From: Mobula hypostoma
Taxonomy: Eukaryota
Length of the DNA: 64,000 nt
Direction: 5' to 3'
Assembly (NCBI RefSeq): GCF_963921235.1
Contig: NC_086097.1
Coordinates: 30,444,001-30,508,000 of the forward strand
Below, in pieces: positions 1 to 13,118 of the stretch. The number at the start of each line of letters is the position of its first letter. Position 1 is the first letter of the stretch. The notes under the pieces were generated by a model. That model saw only the letters and a list, made by a program, of their open reading frames with translations, did no database searches and was not told the origin of the DNA. Position numbers and translations under genes: made by a program.

Positions 1-59
1 AGGAAGTTTTCGCGGCCTGGCCGATCTTGTAACAAGCAGGACTTCTGGCCGCACCATAC
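1..59 (-). CDS. JAG2: JAG2 exon 23, 5' part (runs off the window)
   Basis: ccatcag|GTATGGTGCGGC...; VWCGQKSCLLQDRPGRENF matches the VWCG start of Jagged exon 23. Confidence 0.88.
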
Positions 60-869
60 CTGATGGAACAAACAGAAGCAAATGTGGGTTAACATCACTC
101 CTGGAGGACAGTGTGCAGTCCTCTCTGAATATACTCCCATCAACATCACAGCCACTAAACCTGAAGCCAATCCAAGAGCAACTGTGGGAATCATAGCAAA
201 GAAACTGCAAATACCGACAACAATATTATTATTTTGTTAATGTCATGTGTACCACACCACCAGGCTCAGGAACAGTTACTAACCTACCATGATCAGGGGT
301 CCTGAACCGGCGTGGATAACTTCACTCGCCTCAACTCCAAACTGATTCAACAAACTAACAACCAATTTTCAAGGACTCTATGATTCACGTTCTCAGTATT
401 ATTTATTTACTTGTTTATTCTTATGTGTACAGTTTGTCATCTTTTGCAAATTGGCTGTCTGTCATTATAATTTTTTATTGAACCTATAAGTATTTCATTA
501 TTTTCCTGTAAAAGCCTGCAAGAAAATGAATCTCAAAGTAGTATATGGTGACATATATGCACTCTTATAATAAATTTACTTTGAACTCTGAGATAGTGAA
601 AATCTTCTGCTTGCATGCCATCCAGACACATCACATCACATGCAAGCACTGAGGTAACAAAAGGAAAAACAGAGTACAGAATAGGTAGCATAATAGTTAG
701 CGTTTCACTTTACAACATGCAATCACCGATCGGGAGTCAATTCCTGCTACTGCCTACAAGCAGATTGCACATTCTCCCCATGATTGTATGGTGTGGGACC
801 CAAGGCTCCATCTCCTTTCTCCATCAATTTTTGCATCATAAAGGTAGGTGAGCCAGGGATCTTGACCAA

Positions 870-1165
870 GAGTGGCACAGTAGCGTGCTGTTGGTGTAAC
901 ACTTTGCACTGCCAGTGATCATTCCCACTACTGTCTGTAACTCCATGACCATGTGGGTTTCCTCCGGGTACCCTGGTTTCCTCCCATATTCCAAAGACAT
1001 ACTGTTAAGTTTAGTGAATTGTGGGCATGCTATGTTGGCGCTGGAAGCATGGTGACACTTGCACGCTGCCCAGTGTGATTCTTGCTAATTTTATTTGATG
1101 CAAATGATGCACTTCATTGTATGTTTTGATATACATGTGATAAATAAAGCTAAGTTTATCTTATT
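870..1165 (+). mobile_element. V-SINE-like element (representative copy; others near 17040, 29590, 32140, 32870, 38000, 42880, 45840, 56220, 61200)
   Basis: tRNA-like head, V-domain-like core tgggtttcctccgggtaccctggtttcctcccatattccaaagac, tail tgtgataaataaagctaa; recurs through the window. Confidence 0.7.
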
Positions 1166-2596
1166 TTAGAACGTTGAACAAGCTTGGCAATTATTTAGGT
1201 CTTTTTGGTTGATAAATAGGTTGGGTCAGTTGATCAGGGATTAGGGTGTAGATTTGCTATTTTTCTTGTATGTTCTTGTAGTTTAAGCTTTCCTATGCCT
1301 GCTTGTGTTTTCATTTCACCTATATGTGTGTAATCATTCAGTGAATTTTCTAGTAATCGTAGTATAGCTATTTATAGTATGTATTTTCTAGAAGCAGAAT
1401 CAGAAAAGTACGGCATCTGGTCTGTGCTGAACTATTTAAACTGATTACTCCGAAAGACCTGCACGGGGACCACAGGCCATATCCCTATCCAAACTTCTTT
1501 TAAGTTACTATTGTTCTACATGTGATTGTACATGTTGAGGACTGAGCCTGAAAGCCACAGATTCACCTGGTGGGAGTCTGGCGTCAGGACAAGGACTGAG
1601 CCTCAAAGCCACAGTGTCTCCTAGCGAGTGTCGGAGGCCAGTCAACAGATGATATTGGTAGGCTGGTTCTACACTATATTCTGCAATGTTGTGTTTTTAG
1701 CTTTCATTCTATATGGGTTTGTTGACTTGTACGAGAGACGACTGGGCGCCAAGCCACGGAGTCGTGGGGCAGAGGGGTGCTGGGCATCCGGACTCTTATT
1801 ACATGATTGTGACCTTGTATGTGACTGTTGGTAGTGTGTCTTTGCACCTTGACTCCACAGTAACACTGTTATGGTTGGCTGTATTCATGTATGGTTAAAT
1901 GACAATCAGAATTGAATTAAACATTGAAATTGAATTCACATGCACCTGTGGTGGCAGCTCATCCCATACTCTAAAAACCGTCTGAGTGAAGATGTTTCCC
2001 CTCATGTTCCCCTTAAATCTTCACCTTTCACTCTTAACCTATGACCTCTGGTTGTAGTCCCACCCTATCCATGCCTCTCATAATTTTGTTTAACTCTATC
2101 AAATCTCTTCTCAATCTTCTACGTCCCAAGGAATAAAGTGCTAACCTATTCAATCTTTCCTTATAACTCAGGTCCCAGCAACATCCTTGTAAATTTCCTC
2201 GACCGTAAGGTCAAGAGTCCATCGTATCACACAAGGGAATCATTCAACAGTTTTATAACAGTGAGGTACGAAGCTGTCCTTGAATCCAGTGTTTTGAGCT
2301 TTTAGGTTTTTGTATCATCTATCTGATGCAAAAGGGAGAAGAGAGATTACCAAGGGCGGGTGGGGTCTTTGCAACTTATTCTGAGCCTGTGCAGTGGCGG
2401 CCAACATAATCAGAGGCTTGTAAACTCAGCCAGTGCTATCATGGGTACTAACCTCCTGCCATTAAGGACATCTTAAAAAGGAGATACCTGAAAAAGACAG
2501 CACCCATTATTAAGGACCCTCACCATCCAGGACAGATCCTCTTCTCATCATGTAGGTGGTACAGGAGTCTGAAGACACACTAAATGTATATATGTG

Positions 2597-2598
<2 letters not shown>

Positions 2599-2636
<38 letters not shown>
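2599..2636. repeat. (CA)n microsatellite
   Basis: Visible dinucleotide run. Confidence 0.95.
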
Positions 2637-2637
<1 letters not shown>

Positions 2638-2810
2638 GCACAGCAATGGCACAACCAAGTTGCAGGTATTGCATCTGTGCTGAGTATGGATTGGACACCC
2701 TCATGTCCAAATGGGAAACACCCGAGGACGTGCAAAAGGACAAAGCTAAGATTCTGTGGGACTTCCAAATACAGACTGATAAGCAGGTACTGGTCAACCA
2801 ACCAGACTGA
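2637..2810 (+). mobile_element. R4-clade (Rex6/Dong-like) non-LTR retrotransposon 3' fragment
   Basis: HNQVAGI..ICAEYGL..SKWETP..DKAKILWDFQIQTDKQVLVNQPD, typical of the region ahead of the restriction-like endonuclease. Confidence 0.7.
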
Positions 2811-2871
2811 GATTGAGGGGAAAATACACACACTACCCAAAAGGGTGAGAAAAAAAATATATACATACACA

Positions 2872-5295
2872 CAGTGCCTATAAAAAGTATTCACCCCCTT
2901 AGAAGTTTTCATGTTTTATTGTTTTACAACAATGAATCACAATGGATTTAATTTGGCTTTTTAGACACTGATCAAGAAAAAAAAGACGCTTTCATGTCAA
3001 AGTGAAAACAGATCTCTACAAAGTGATCTAAATTAATCACCAATTTTAAAAAACATAAAATAATTGATTGCACAAGTATTCAGACTCCTTTAATATGACA
3101 CACCAAATTATCACTGGTGCAGCCAATTGGTGTTAGAAGTCACATAATTAGTTAGATGGAGATCACCATGTGCAGTCAAGGTATTTCAATTGATTGTAGT
3201 AAAAATACACCTGTATCTGGAAGGTCCAACTGCTGGTGAGCCAGTATCCTGGCAAAAACTACACCTTGAAGACAAAAGAACACTCCAAACAACTCCGCAA
3301 AAAGGTTATTGAAAAGCACAACTCAGAAGGATGGATCCAAGAAAACTTCCAAGTCACTGATTACCCCTTGTAGTACAGTTAAGTCAATCATCAAGAAATG
3401 GAAAGAATACGGCACAGCTGTAAATCTGCCTAGAGCAGGCCGTCCTCAACACCGAGTGACCGTGCAAGAAGGGACTAGTGAGGGAGGCCACCAAAAGACC
3501 CATGGCAACTCTGGAGGAGTTACAAGCTTCAGTGGCTGAGATGGGAGAGACTGTGCATACAACTGTGGCCTGGGTGCTTCACCAGTCACAGCTTTATGGA
3601 AGAGTGGAAAAGAGAAACCCACTGTTGAAAAAAACTTACATGAAATCTTGGCTAGAGATTACTAGAGGGCATGTGGGAGACTCTGAAGTCAGCTAGAAGA
3701 ACGTTCTACAGTCTGATGAAACCAAAATTGAGCTTTCTGGCCATCAGACTAAATGCTATGTTTGGTGCAAGCCAAACACTACACATCATCTAAAACATAT
3801 CATTCCTACCGTGAAGCATGGTGGTGGCTGCATCCTGCTGTGGGATGCTTCACTGCAGCAGGGCCTGAAAGGCTTGTGATGGCAGAGGGTAAAATGAATG
3901 CAGCAAAATACAGGGAAATCCTGGAAGAAAACCTGATGCAGTCTGCAAGAGAACTGTAACTTGGGAGAAGATTTCTTTTCCAGCAAGACAATGACCCCAA
4001 GCATAAAGCCAAAGCTACACAGGAATGGATTAAAAACAAAGTTGATATCCTGGAGTGGCCAAGTCAGAGTCTAAACATCAATCCAATTGAGAATTTGTGG
4101 CTGGACTTGAAAAGGGCTGTTCACTTATGATCCCCATGCAATCAGACAGAGCTTGAGCAGTTTTGTAAAGAAGAATGGTGAAAAATTGCAGTGTCCAGAT
4201 GTACAAAGCTGACAGAGACCGATCCACACAGACTCAAGGCTATAATTGCTAGCTAAGGTACATCTACTAAATACCGACATGAAGGAATATGTAATTATGC
4301 AATCAGAATCAGGTCTACTATCACCAGCATGTGTCGTGAAATTTTTTAACTTAGCAGCAGCAGTTCAATGCAATACGTAATATAGAAAAAATAAGTAAAT
4401 CAATTACAGTATTTTATATTGAATAGATTAAAAATCGTACAAAAACAGAAATAATATATATTTAAAGAGTGACATAGTGTTCACGGGTTCAACATCCATT
4501 TAGAAATCGGATGGAAAAGGGGAAGAAGCTGTTCCTGAATCGCTGAGTGTGTGCCTTCAAGCTTCTGTACTTCCTACCTGATGTAACAGTGAGAAAAGGG
4601 CATGCCCTGGGTGCTTCATAATGGACGCTGCCTTTCTGAGACACCGCTCCTTGAAGATGTCCTGGGTACTTCGTAGTCTAGTACCCAAGATGGAGCCGAC
4701 TAAGTTTACAACCCTTACCAGACAGTGATGCAGCCTGTCAGAATGGTCCCCATGGTACATCTATTGTTTTTGAGCATGTGTGTTGACATACCAAAATCTC
4801 TTCAAACTCCTAATGAAGTATAGTTGCTGTCTAGCCTTCTTTTCAGCTGCATTGATATGTTATGTTGGGACCAGGTTGGGTCCTGAGAGATTTTGACACT
4901 CAGGAACTTGAAACTGCTCTCTCTCTACTTCTGATCCCTCTATGAGGGTTGGTATGTGTTCCTTCGTCTTACCCTTCCTGAAGTCCACAATCAGCTTTCG
5001 TCTTACTGATGTTGAGTGCCAGGTTGTTGCTGCGACACCACTCCACTAGTTGGCATATCTCACTCCTGTATGCGAGACTCCTGATTCTTATTCATCTACT
5101 AAATACTGACTTGAAGGGATATGTAATTATACATTCATCGTGTTTAATAATTATAATAAATTTAGACCAATTTATAGAAATTTGTTTTCATTTTATCATG
5201 ACAGTGTCTTTTCTGTTGATCAGTGTCAAAAGACAGCCACAGTGATTCAATGCTGTAAACCAATAAAGCATGAAACTTCGGGGGGGAGGGGGGGC
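2872..5295 (+). mobile_element. Degenerate Tc1 transposon with long TIRs, interrupted by a Rex-like LINE
   Basis: Left TIR cagtgcctataaaaagtattcacccc; [17 protein letters not shown] and NPIENLW motifs with stops/frameshifts; decayed right TIR ~5130-5295. Confidence 0.85.
4305..5092 (-). mobile_element. Rex1/Babar-like LINE, 5'-truncated, nested in the Tc1
   Basis: Same family as 27400-29586 (RT C-terminus, HPGHALFSLL, gattct tail); flanked by a 44-bp duplication. Confidence 0.8.
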
Positions 5296-6375
5296 GAAAT
5301 AGCACATGTGATAATAAACGTGATCCGGACTCAAATCAGTTACTGTATGCTAACCTGGATAATCAGAGATCCGAAATCTTGATTCAGAAAGAGACATTGC
5401 GTGATCAATTTTGGATAGAACAAAGTCACTATTTTGAGAAACACAGAACTAATCATTTTATCGTCTTGGTCCAACACAGACAACAAACTAAGGTGCAGCT
5501 GGTCCTGCCAAAACATGCCTCTGCTTTTAAAAGTTTGTTTACTATCTGGGGGAAAGAATATGCACAATGAAGGCAGACTAATTCCTTCTACTGCTCGGAT
5601 CACCTGGAAACGGCATATCACTCCAGTTCAAAGCCAGGATAGACATCTAGGAACACACACAATGGCAGCATTCATCCTGGATCACCAGTAACATATACAG
5701 GCAAGGCTCTGCACAGGGGCACTGATAAATTCTGTCCGTGGGAAGGAAATAAAGGATCAATCAGCCTTTGCAAAAGTTTATCTGGAACAGGCAGGAGGCA
5801 ACTATGAGTGAACATTGGTAAATGGGACTGCCATAAATGGGTACATGGTCAGCATGGACATGGTAGAGTGAACAGCCTGTGTAACTCTAAATGTCATTTT
5901 ATGGTCTACACCTACAAGGGTGCAGTCTCCTGACACAAGGCTCAATCTGAAGCATATATTATCCATTTCCTTAAACAGATGATGGCCTGCCTGCAGTACA
6001 GGCCCCCTCAGCCCACAATGTTGTGCTGGCCTTTTAACCAAAGATCAGCATAATCCATCCCTTCTGCATAGCTCCCCATTTTATATCATCCATGTGACTA
6101 CCCAAGAGTCAATTAAACGTCCCTAATGCCTCTACCACCACCTTTGACACTCCCCCTATACCTTCCTCCAATTACCTTAAAGTTATTCCTCATATTGGCT
6201 ATTTCCACCCTGGAAAAAATCTCTGGCTGTCCACTCAATCTATGCTTATTATATTGTACACCTCTATCAAGTCAATTTTTTGCCATTCACTCCAAAGAGA
6301 AAAGCTTTAGCTCACTCAACCATTAGACAAGCTCTCTAATCCAGGCAGCATCCTGGTTAAATTTCCTCTGCACTC

Positions 6376-6834
6376 TTATATTTGTGCATACCAGCTACGC
6401 CGTAGGGCTGATTTATACTTTTGCGTAGCCCTATGCCGTAGCGCGCATGCGTAATTGTGTCTGCATCGCTCTGCAATTCACCGCCAAAACGCTAGTTGGC
6501 AGTGGGGTTTCTATGCCATTGTGTTGAGTTTCTTCATGAGAGACATGGACGAGGAAATGCATTTCAAATATTTTTGGATGTCGGCAGGTAGATTTGACGA
6601 TTTGGTCCATCGTCTCCAACCATTTATTTCGCATCAGTGTACAGACATGGCGGAGAAAAGCAACCGTAAATGCATAGGAGGAAATGCGATGCTACCAAGC
6701 GGACCAATCACAGTTGTTGCGGTCTACATCGCTGTGATGTGCGAGTTACATTTTTGGGGAGGTGCACGTCACCCTATGGCTTAGGGTACGTGGAATCTAA
6801 GGCGTACATTTGACGCAGAAGTACAAATTGGGCT
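6376..6834 (+). mobile_element. PIF/Harbinger internal-deletion derivative
   Basis: TIR-like ends agggctgatttatactt..gcgt and gacgcagaagtacaaattgggct followed by TAA; internal [20 protein letters not shown] resembles a Harbinger transposase N-terminus; splits a CR1 fragment. Confidence 0.7.
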
Positions 6835-7656
6835 TAAAGCTTCTACGTCCTTCCTGTAATGAGGCGATCAGAACTGAAAACAATACTCAAGTGTGGTCTA
6901 TCCAGAGTTTTATTGAGCTGCAACAGGGTTGTCTGTGAGTTATACACACGGAGTTGTGCACTTTGGTTTAGAGAAGATGATGTCTTTATTTCCAGAGTTG
7001 GAGACTCAAGAATTAGAGGACACATGTTTACGGTGAGAGGGGAGCAATTTATAGGAACCTGAGGGAATATTTTCACCGGAAGGTGTTCGGTATATGAAAT
7101 GAGCTGCCAGAGGAATTGTTCTGTTTGGAGGTATACATGAATTCAGAGGAATTACAATAAAATTGAACATTACCTTGTGGCTCTTGAAGTCAACTGCCTG
7201 ATTAATGAAGGCCAACACTCCATACGCCTTCTTAAGCCTATCAATCTGCATGGCAACACTGAGGGATCTATGGACGTGCATTCCAAGATTCCTCTATTCC
7301 TCCACACTGCTAAGAATCCTACCGTTGTACTCTGCCATTAAGTTCGACCTTCCGAAGTGAATCACTTCACTCTCCTCAGCGTTGAAATCCATCGTCACTT
7401 CTCAGTCCAGCTCTGCACCCTTTCAAAATCCCTTTGTAACCCACAACTTCCACACGATCCACAACTCCAATCTTCATGTCATCCGCAAATTTAGTAACCC
7501 ACTCTTCTGTTTCCTCATCCAAGTTATTTATAAAAATCATGAACAGTGGGGTCCCAGAACAGATTCCCGCGGAACAATGCTGTTCATGGACCTCTACCAC
7601 AACAGTTCAGAACAGAGCAGAAGATATAACAATCACTGAGCGATGGCGGGCCATAC

Positions 7657-7772
7657 CTTGGTACAGTTGATGTTGCCGTTCATGCACTGACAGGTGTTGC
7701 ACTCTTGATCCCATCTGAGCCCATGTGGATGGTACTGCCCTGATGTGAAACACGACTTGCCAAAGCCAATAA
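7657..7772 (-). CDS. JAG2: JAG2 exon 22 (116 bp), VWC/cysteine-rich domain
   Basis: ttgcag|TTATT...CAAG|gtatgg; VIGFGKSCFTSGQYHPHGLRWDQECNTCQCMNGNINCTK. Confidence 0.93.
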
Positions 7773-9754
7773 CTGCAAAGAGAAACACGTGAAAGGATCA
7801 GCTCTTTGCCAAGGGAGTAAACAGCTTGCATAGACTCCAAGTGCTCATGCCCATCAAGGGATGCAGTGACACCGGAAACCTTTTCTCTTGGCAATCGGAA
7901 ATGAAGTCTCACTTAGGAATGCTGCCAGCATAAACTGGAAGCATGCTCTTTACAATCAACACCACGGCAGACAAAGCACAAGTTGGATGTAGAGTGAAGT
8001 TGCCTATGTGTGAAAAGTAGATGAAAGGGCAGTGTAACATATCCCAGCTTGCTGATGTGATAAAGGTAAGATGACGTCTTTATTTCCAGAGTTGGAGACT
8101 CAAGAATTAGAGGGCACAAATTTAAGGTGAGCAATTTCATAGGGACCTGAGGGAATATTTTCACCAGGTGTTTGGTGTATGAAATGAGCTGCCAGAGGAA
8201 GTGGTTAAGGCAAATACATGAAAAAGAACTTCGACAGGTACATGAATTGGAACAACTTGGATCGATACAGGGCCAAAAGCAGACAAATAGGATTAGTTTA
8301 AATGGGAATCTTTGCCAGCATGGACCAGGTGGGCTGAAGGGCCTGTTCCATGTTGTATGTCTCTATGACATTAAGATAATTGAGCTGTGAGGAGACAGGT
8401 TAATAGAGCAACAGAGACACAATGTGGAAATAGGCCCTTCAGCCTGCTGAATCTGTGCCAACCATCAACCAGCCTACATTAATCCCATTTTACTCTCCCC
8501 ACATTCTCATCAGGTCTCCCAAATTCTATCTACCCTATGGCCAAAATCCAATTTGCAAAGGCCAATTAATCCACCAACCCATACGTTTATGGGAAAAGCA
8601 GGGAGCCAGATCATCTAGGAAAAACCATGAGATCACAAGAGAAACATGTAAACTCCACATAAGATTGGAATTGGTTGGAAGCGGTTGTCACACATACTAA
8701 AGTACAGTGAAAAGCTTGTCTTTCACACTACTCATACAGACTGAAAATGGAAGGTTATGTGGGAGGGGAAGAGTTAGATTGATCTTGGAGTTGGTTAAGT
8801 CAACATTATGCACTGAAGGGCCTGTACTATTCTATATTTCAGTTTGAGAGGAAAGCTCACAGAGGGACACAAGATTTCCTGTGGAATTTTCAGAGCTGAT
8901 GCGCAGTGGCTGTTTAGTCTGACTGGACTCAGGGCAGGTAGTAATCCCAGGATAGGGGGCCACCCATTCAAGTCTGAAATGAGAAGAAAGCTCTTAATTT
9001 TAGGGACTGTGAATCCTTGGAATTATCTTCATCGGGGGGTGTGCACACTCAGTCAGTGGGTAGATCTTTGGGCTAAAGGATCTGGGAATGTGTGGGAAAT
9101 ACGGAGAAACTATTGATCAGTCTTCAGCAAGGTGACTGGTGATAAGACTCAGTCTAATAGTTACGCTACATATATTTATGTACAACTCCATCAAACACTC
9201 CAAGGGGCAGAGACAACTGGATACAGAATACATCTCCCTGAGCAGAGAAAGTGCAGTTCAATATACACATTAACACTCCCTCTACATTTTCCTATAAAAC
9301 ACAGGGATGTTACTGTACGGGTCAAACAAATAAAACAAAACTCCCTTCACACTGTATCATCAATCACTGCCAGCATAGGTCTACACAAACACAGAAAATA
9401 TAAACTGGTCCATAACTGTCACATATACTGAGGTACAGTGAAAAACTTTGTTCTGCATGTTGATCATACAGATCATTTCACCGCACCAAAGCATTGAGGC
9501 AAAACAAAATAAAGGAATAACAGTGCAGAATAAAGTATTACAGTGACAGAGAAAGTGCAGTGTAGGCAGACGATAAGGTGTAAAGTCATAACTAGGTAGA
9601 TTGTAAGGTGAACAGTCCATCTGGAGGACCGTTCATTAGTCTTATAATAGTAAGATAGAAACTGCCTTTGAGTAATACGTGATACGCGCTTTCAGGTTTT
9701 AGTACCTCCTGCCCACTGAGAGGGGGAAGAAGAGAGAACGTCTGTGGTGGGTAA

Positions 9755-11885
9755 GGAAATGGCTGACAAGGGAAGTCAAAAACAACATAAAGGCCAAAGA
9801 AGGCACATAACAGAGCAAATATTAGCAGGAGGGTAGAGGTTTGGAAAGCTTTTAAAAATCTGCAGAAGGAAACTAAAAATCAACCATAGGGAGGGAATTG
9901 ATGAAATATTGTGGTAAGCTAGTCAATAATATTAAAGAGGATACTAGGTTTTTTTTTCCCAGTAAAAGAGAAGCTGGAGTTCATATTAGACCACTGGAAA
10001 ATGACACTGGAGAGGTAGTAATGGGGGACATGGAAATAGCAGACAAATGGTATCCACCTTCACTGTGGAAGACACTAGTAGCATGGCAGATGTTCAAGAG
10101 TGTCGGGGGCAGTACTGTGTGCAACTGCTATTACTAGGGAGAAGGTGCTTGGGAAGCTGAAAAGGTCTGAAGGTGGAAAAGTCACCTGGACCAGACAGAC
10201 TACACCCCAGGGTCCTCAAGGAGGTGGCTGAAGAGATTGTGGAGGCGTTAGTAATGATCTTTCAAGAATCACTACATTCTGGAATGGGCCAGACAACTGG
10301 AAATTTGCAAAGACACTCCACTCTTCACAAAGGGAGTGAGACAAAAGAATGGAAATTATAGGCCAGCTAGCCTGACCTCAGTTGTTGGGAGGATGTTGGA
10401 GGCATTCTTAAGGATCAGGTCTCAGTGTATTTGAAGATTCGTGATAAAATAGACCAAAGTCAGCTTGGTTTCCTTAAGGGAAAATCTTGCTTGACAAATC
10501 TGTTGGAATTCTTTAAAGTAAAGGAGCAGGACAGACAAAGGAAAATCAGTGGATTTTATGTGCTTGGATTTTGAGAAAGCCTTGACAAGGTGCCATATGA
10601 GGCTGCTAAACAAGATAAGATCCCAGGGTATTATAATAAAGATACTAGCATGGATAGAGATGGGCTCATTGTCAGCAGGCAAAGAGTGAGAATAAAGGAA
10701 GCCTTTTCTAGTTGGCTGCCAGTGTCTAGTGGTGTTCTGCAAGAGTTGAAGTTGGGACTACTTGCTTTTATGTTACAAGTCATTGATATGGATGACAGAA
10801 TTGATGGCTTTGTGGCAAGGTCTATAGGCGATACACAGAAACATAGAAAACCCACAGCACAATACAGGCCCTTCGGCCCACAAAGCTGTGCCGAACATGT
10901 CCTTACCTTAGAACTACCTAGGCTTACCCATAGCCCTGCGTTTTTCTAAGCTCCATGTACCTATCCAGGAGTCTCTTCAAAGACCCTATCATTCCCACCT
11001 CCACGCCACCGCCGGCAGTCCATTCCACGCACAATAGGTGGAGAAGCAGATGGTGTTATGGAAATAAGGTTACAGAAGGACTTAAGACGGATTAGGAGAA
11101 TGGGCAGCGTGGCAGATGGAAAATTGTGTGGGGAAGTGTTGATTATTTTCTAAATGGACAGAAAATTTTTAAATCTAAAGTGCAAAGCGACTTGGGAATC
11201 CTCACAGATTCCCTAAAGGTTAATTTGCAGGTTGAGTCAGTGGTAAGGAAGGCAAAGGCAATGTAAGCATCCAACTTGAGAGGACCAGGATATAAAAGTA
11301 AAGATGCATTGCTGAGGGTTTATAAGGCTCTGGTGAGGCCTCACTTGGAGTACTGCGAGTAGTTTTGGGTTCCTCATCTAAGAAGCATGTGCTGACATTG
11401 GAGAGGGCTCAGAGAAGGTTAACGGCAATGATTCCGGGAATGAAAGGGTCATCATATGAAGAACATTTTATGTCTCTGGGCCTTTACTCACTCGAATTTT
11501 GAAGAATGGGGGATCTCACTGAAACCCGTCAATGTTGATAGGCCTACATAAGAGTGGAAATGGAAAGGATGTTTCCTAAAGTGGGAGAGTCTAGGACTAG
11601 AGAGCACAGCCTCATCCATTTAGAATGGAGATGAGGAAGAATTTCTTTATGTAGAGGCTGGTGAATCTGTGGATTTCATTGCCACAGGTAGCTATGGAGG
11701 CTAAGTCATTGGGTATATTTAAGGCGAAGGCTGATATCATGCCCTTGATTAGACAGGGCATGCAACGTTATGGGCATAAGGCAGGTGAATGGGGTTGAGA
11801 GGGAGAATGGATCAGCCATGCTGAAATAGCACAGCAGACGTGATAGTCCAAATGGCTTAATTCTTTTCCCATCTCTTATGGTCTG
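9755..11885 (+). mobile_element. Old CR1/HER1-like LINE, degenerate, with a nested antisense CR1 3' end (~10833-11030)
   Basis: KSPGPDRLHPRVLKE, GKSCLTNLLEFF, DFEKA and SGVLQ motifs with many frameshifts; 3' tail tctcttatggtc. Confidence 0.85.
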
Positions 11886-12109
11886 TCAACTAACTGTTCC
11901 TCTTTCCACAGGTGCTATCTGACCCGAGTTAATAAAGCATTTACGGTCCGTATTTCAAATTTTCAGGGTCTATAGTTTTTGTCATTTTGACTTTACTGAC
12001 AATTCCAGTAGTTTAATCAGAGCACAGCTCAGTTTATTCTGGGGAAGGGGGCACAAACTCTAGCTCAGGTATGAGCAGATTGTGCCTGAACAAGAAAAAA
12101 ACAAAGAGG

Positions 12110-13118
12110 AGAAAATCTGCAGATGCTCGAAATCCAAGCAACACACACAAAACGCTGGAGGAACTCAGCAGGCCAGGCAGCATCTATGGAAAAACGTAGA
12201 GTTGACATTTTGGGCTGAGACCCTTTGGCAGGACTGGAGAAAGAAAGATGAGGAGTAGATTTAAAAGGTGGGGGAGGGGAGAGAGAAACACAAGGTGATA
12301 GGTGAAACCTGAAGGGGGAGGGATGAAGTAAAGAGCTGGGAAGCTGATTGGTGGAAGAGATACAGAGCTGGAGAATGGGGAGTCTGATAGGAGAGGACAG
12401 AAGGCCATGGAAGAAAGAGAAGAGGGGAGGTGCACCAGAGGGAGATGATGGGCAGGCAAGGAGATAAGGTGAGAGGGGAAAAGGGGATGGGGAATGGGGA
12501 ATAGGGAATGGTGAAGTGGGGGGGGGGCATTACAGGAAGTTCAAGAAATTGATGTTCATGCCATCAGGTTGGAGGCTACCCAGACGAAATACAAGGCGTT
12601 GTTCCTCCAACCTGAGTGTGGCCTTATCACGACAATGGAGGCGGCCATGGAATGACATATCGGAATGGGAATGGTAAGTGGAATTAAAATGGGTGCTCAC
12701 CATTCAGGGCTCCAAACAGTCCTATAATGCCCCCCCAACCATTCCCCATCCCCTTTTGCCTCTCATCTTATCTCCTTGCCTGCCTACTGCCCATCGCTTC
12801 CATCTGGTGCTCCTTCCCCCACCCCCCACCTTTTCTTTCTTCCATGGCCTTCTATCCTCTCCTATCAGACTCCCCCTTCTCTAGCCCTGTATCTCTTTCA
12901 CCAATCAACTTCCCAGCTCTTTACTTCATCCCTTCCTCTCCCTGTTTTACCCATCACCTTGTGTTTCTCTCTCCCCTCTGCCCACCCTTCAAATGTACTC
13001 ATCTTTTTTTCCCTCCAGTCCTGCTTAAGGGTCTTGGCCCAAAATGTTCACTGTACTTTTTTCCTATAGATGCTGACTGGCCTGCTGAGTTCCTCCAGCA
13101 TTTTGTATGTGTTTCTTG
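12110..13118. mobile_element. Head-to-head pair of Penelope-like 3' ends
   Basis: 12137-12532 is the approximate reverse complement of 12724-13118; same family as the 3' end of 43414-45185. Confidence 0.8.

Noticed and set aside
870..930. tRNA gene
   Set aside because: Decayed SINE head with no complete cloverleaf.
5737..5744. CGTGGGAA CSL/RBPJ site suggesting Notch feedback
   Set aside because: A single 8-mer is expected by chance in 64 kb, with no paired site or conservation evidence.
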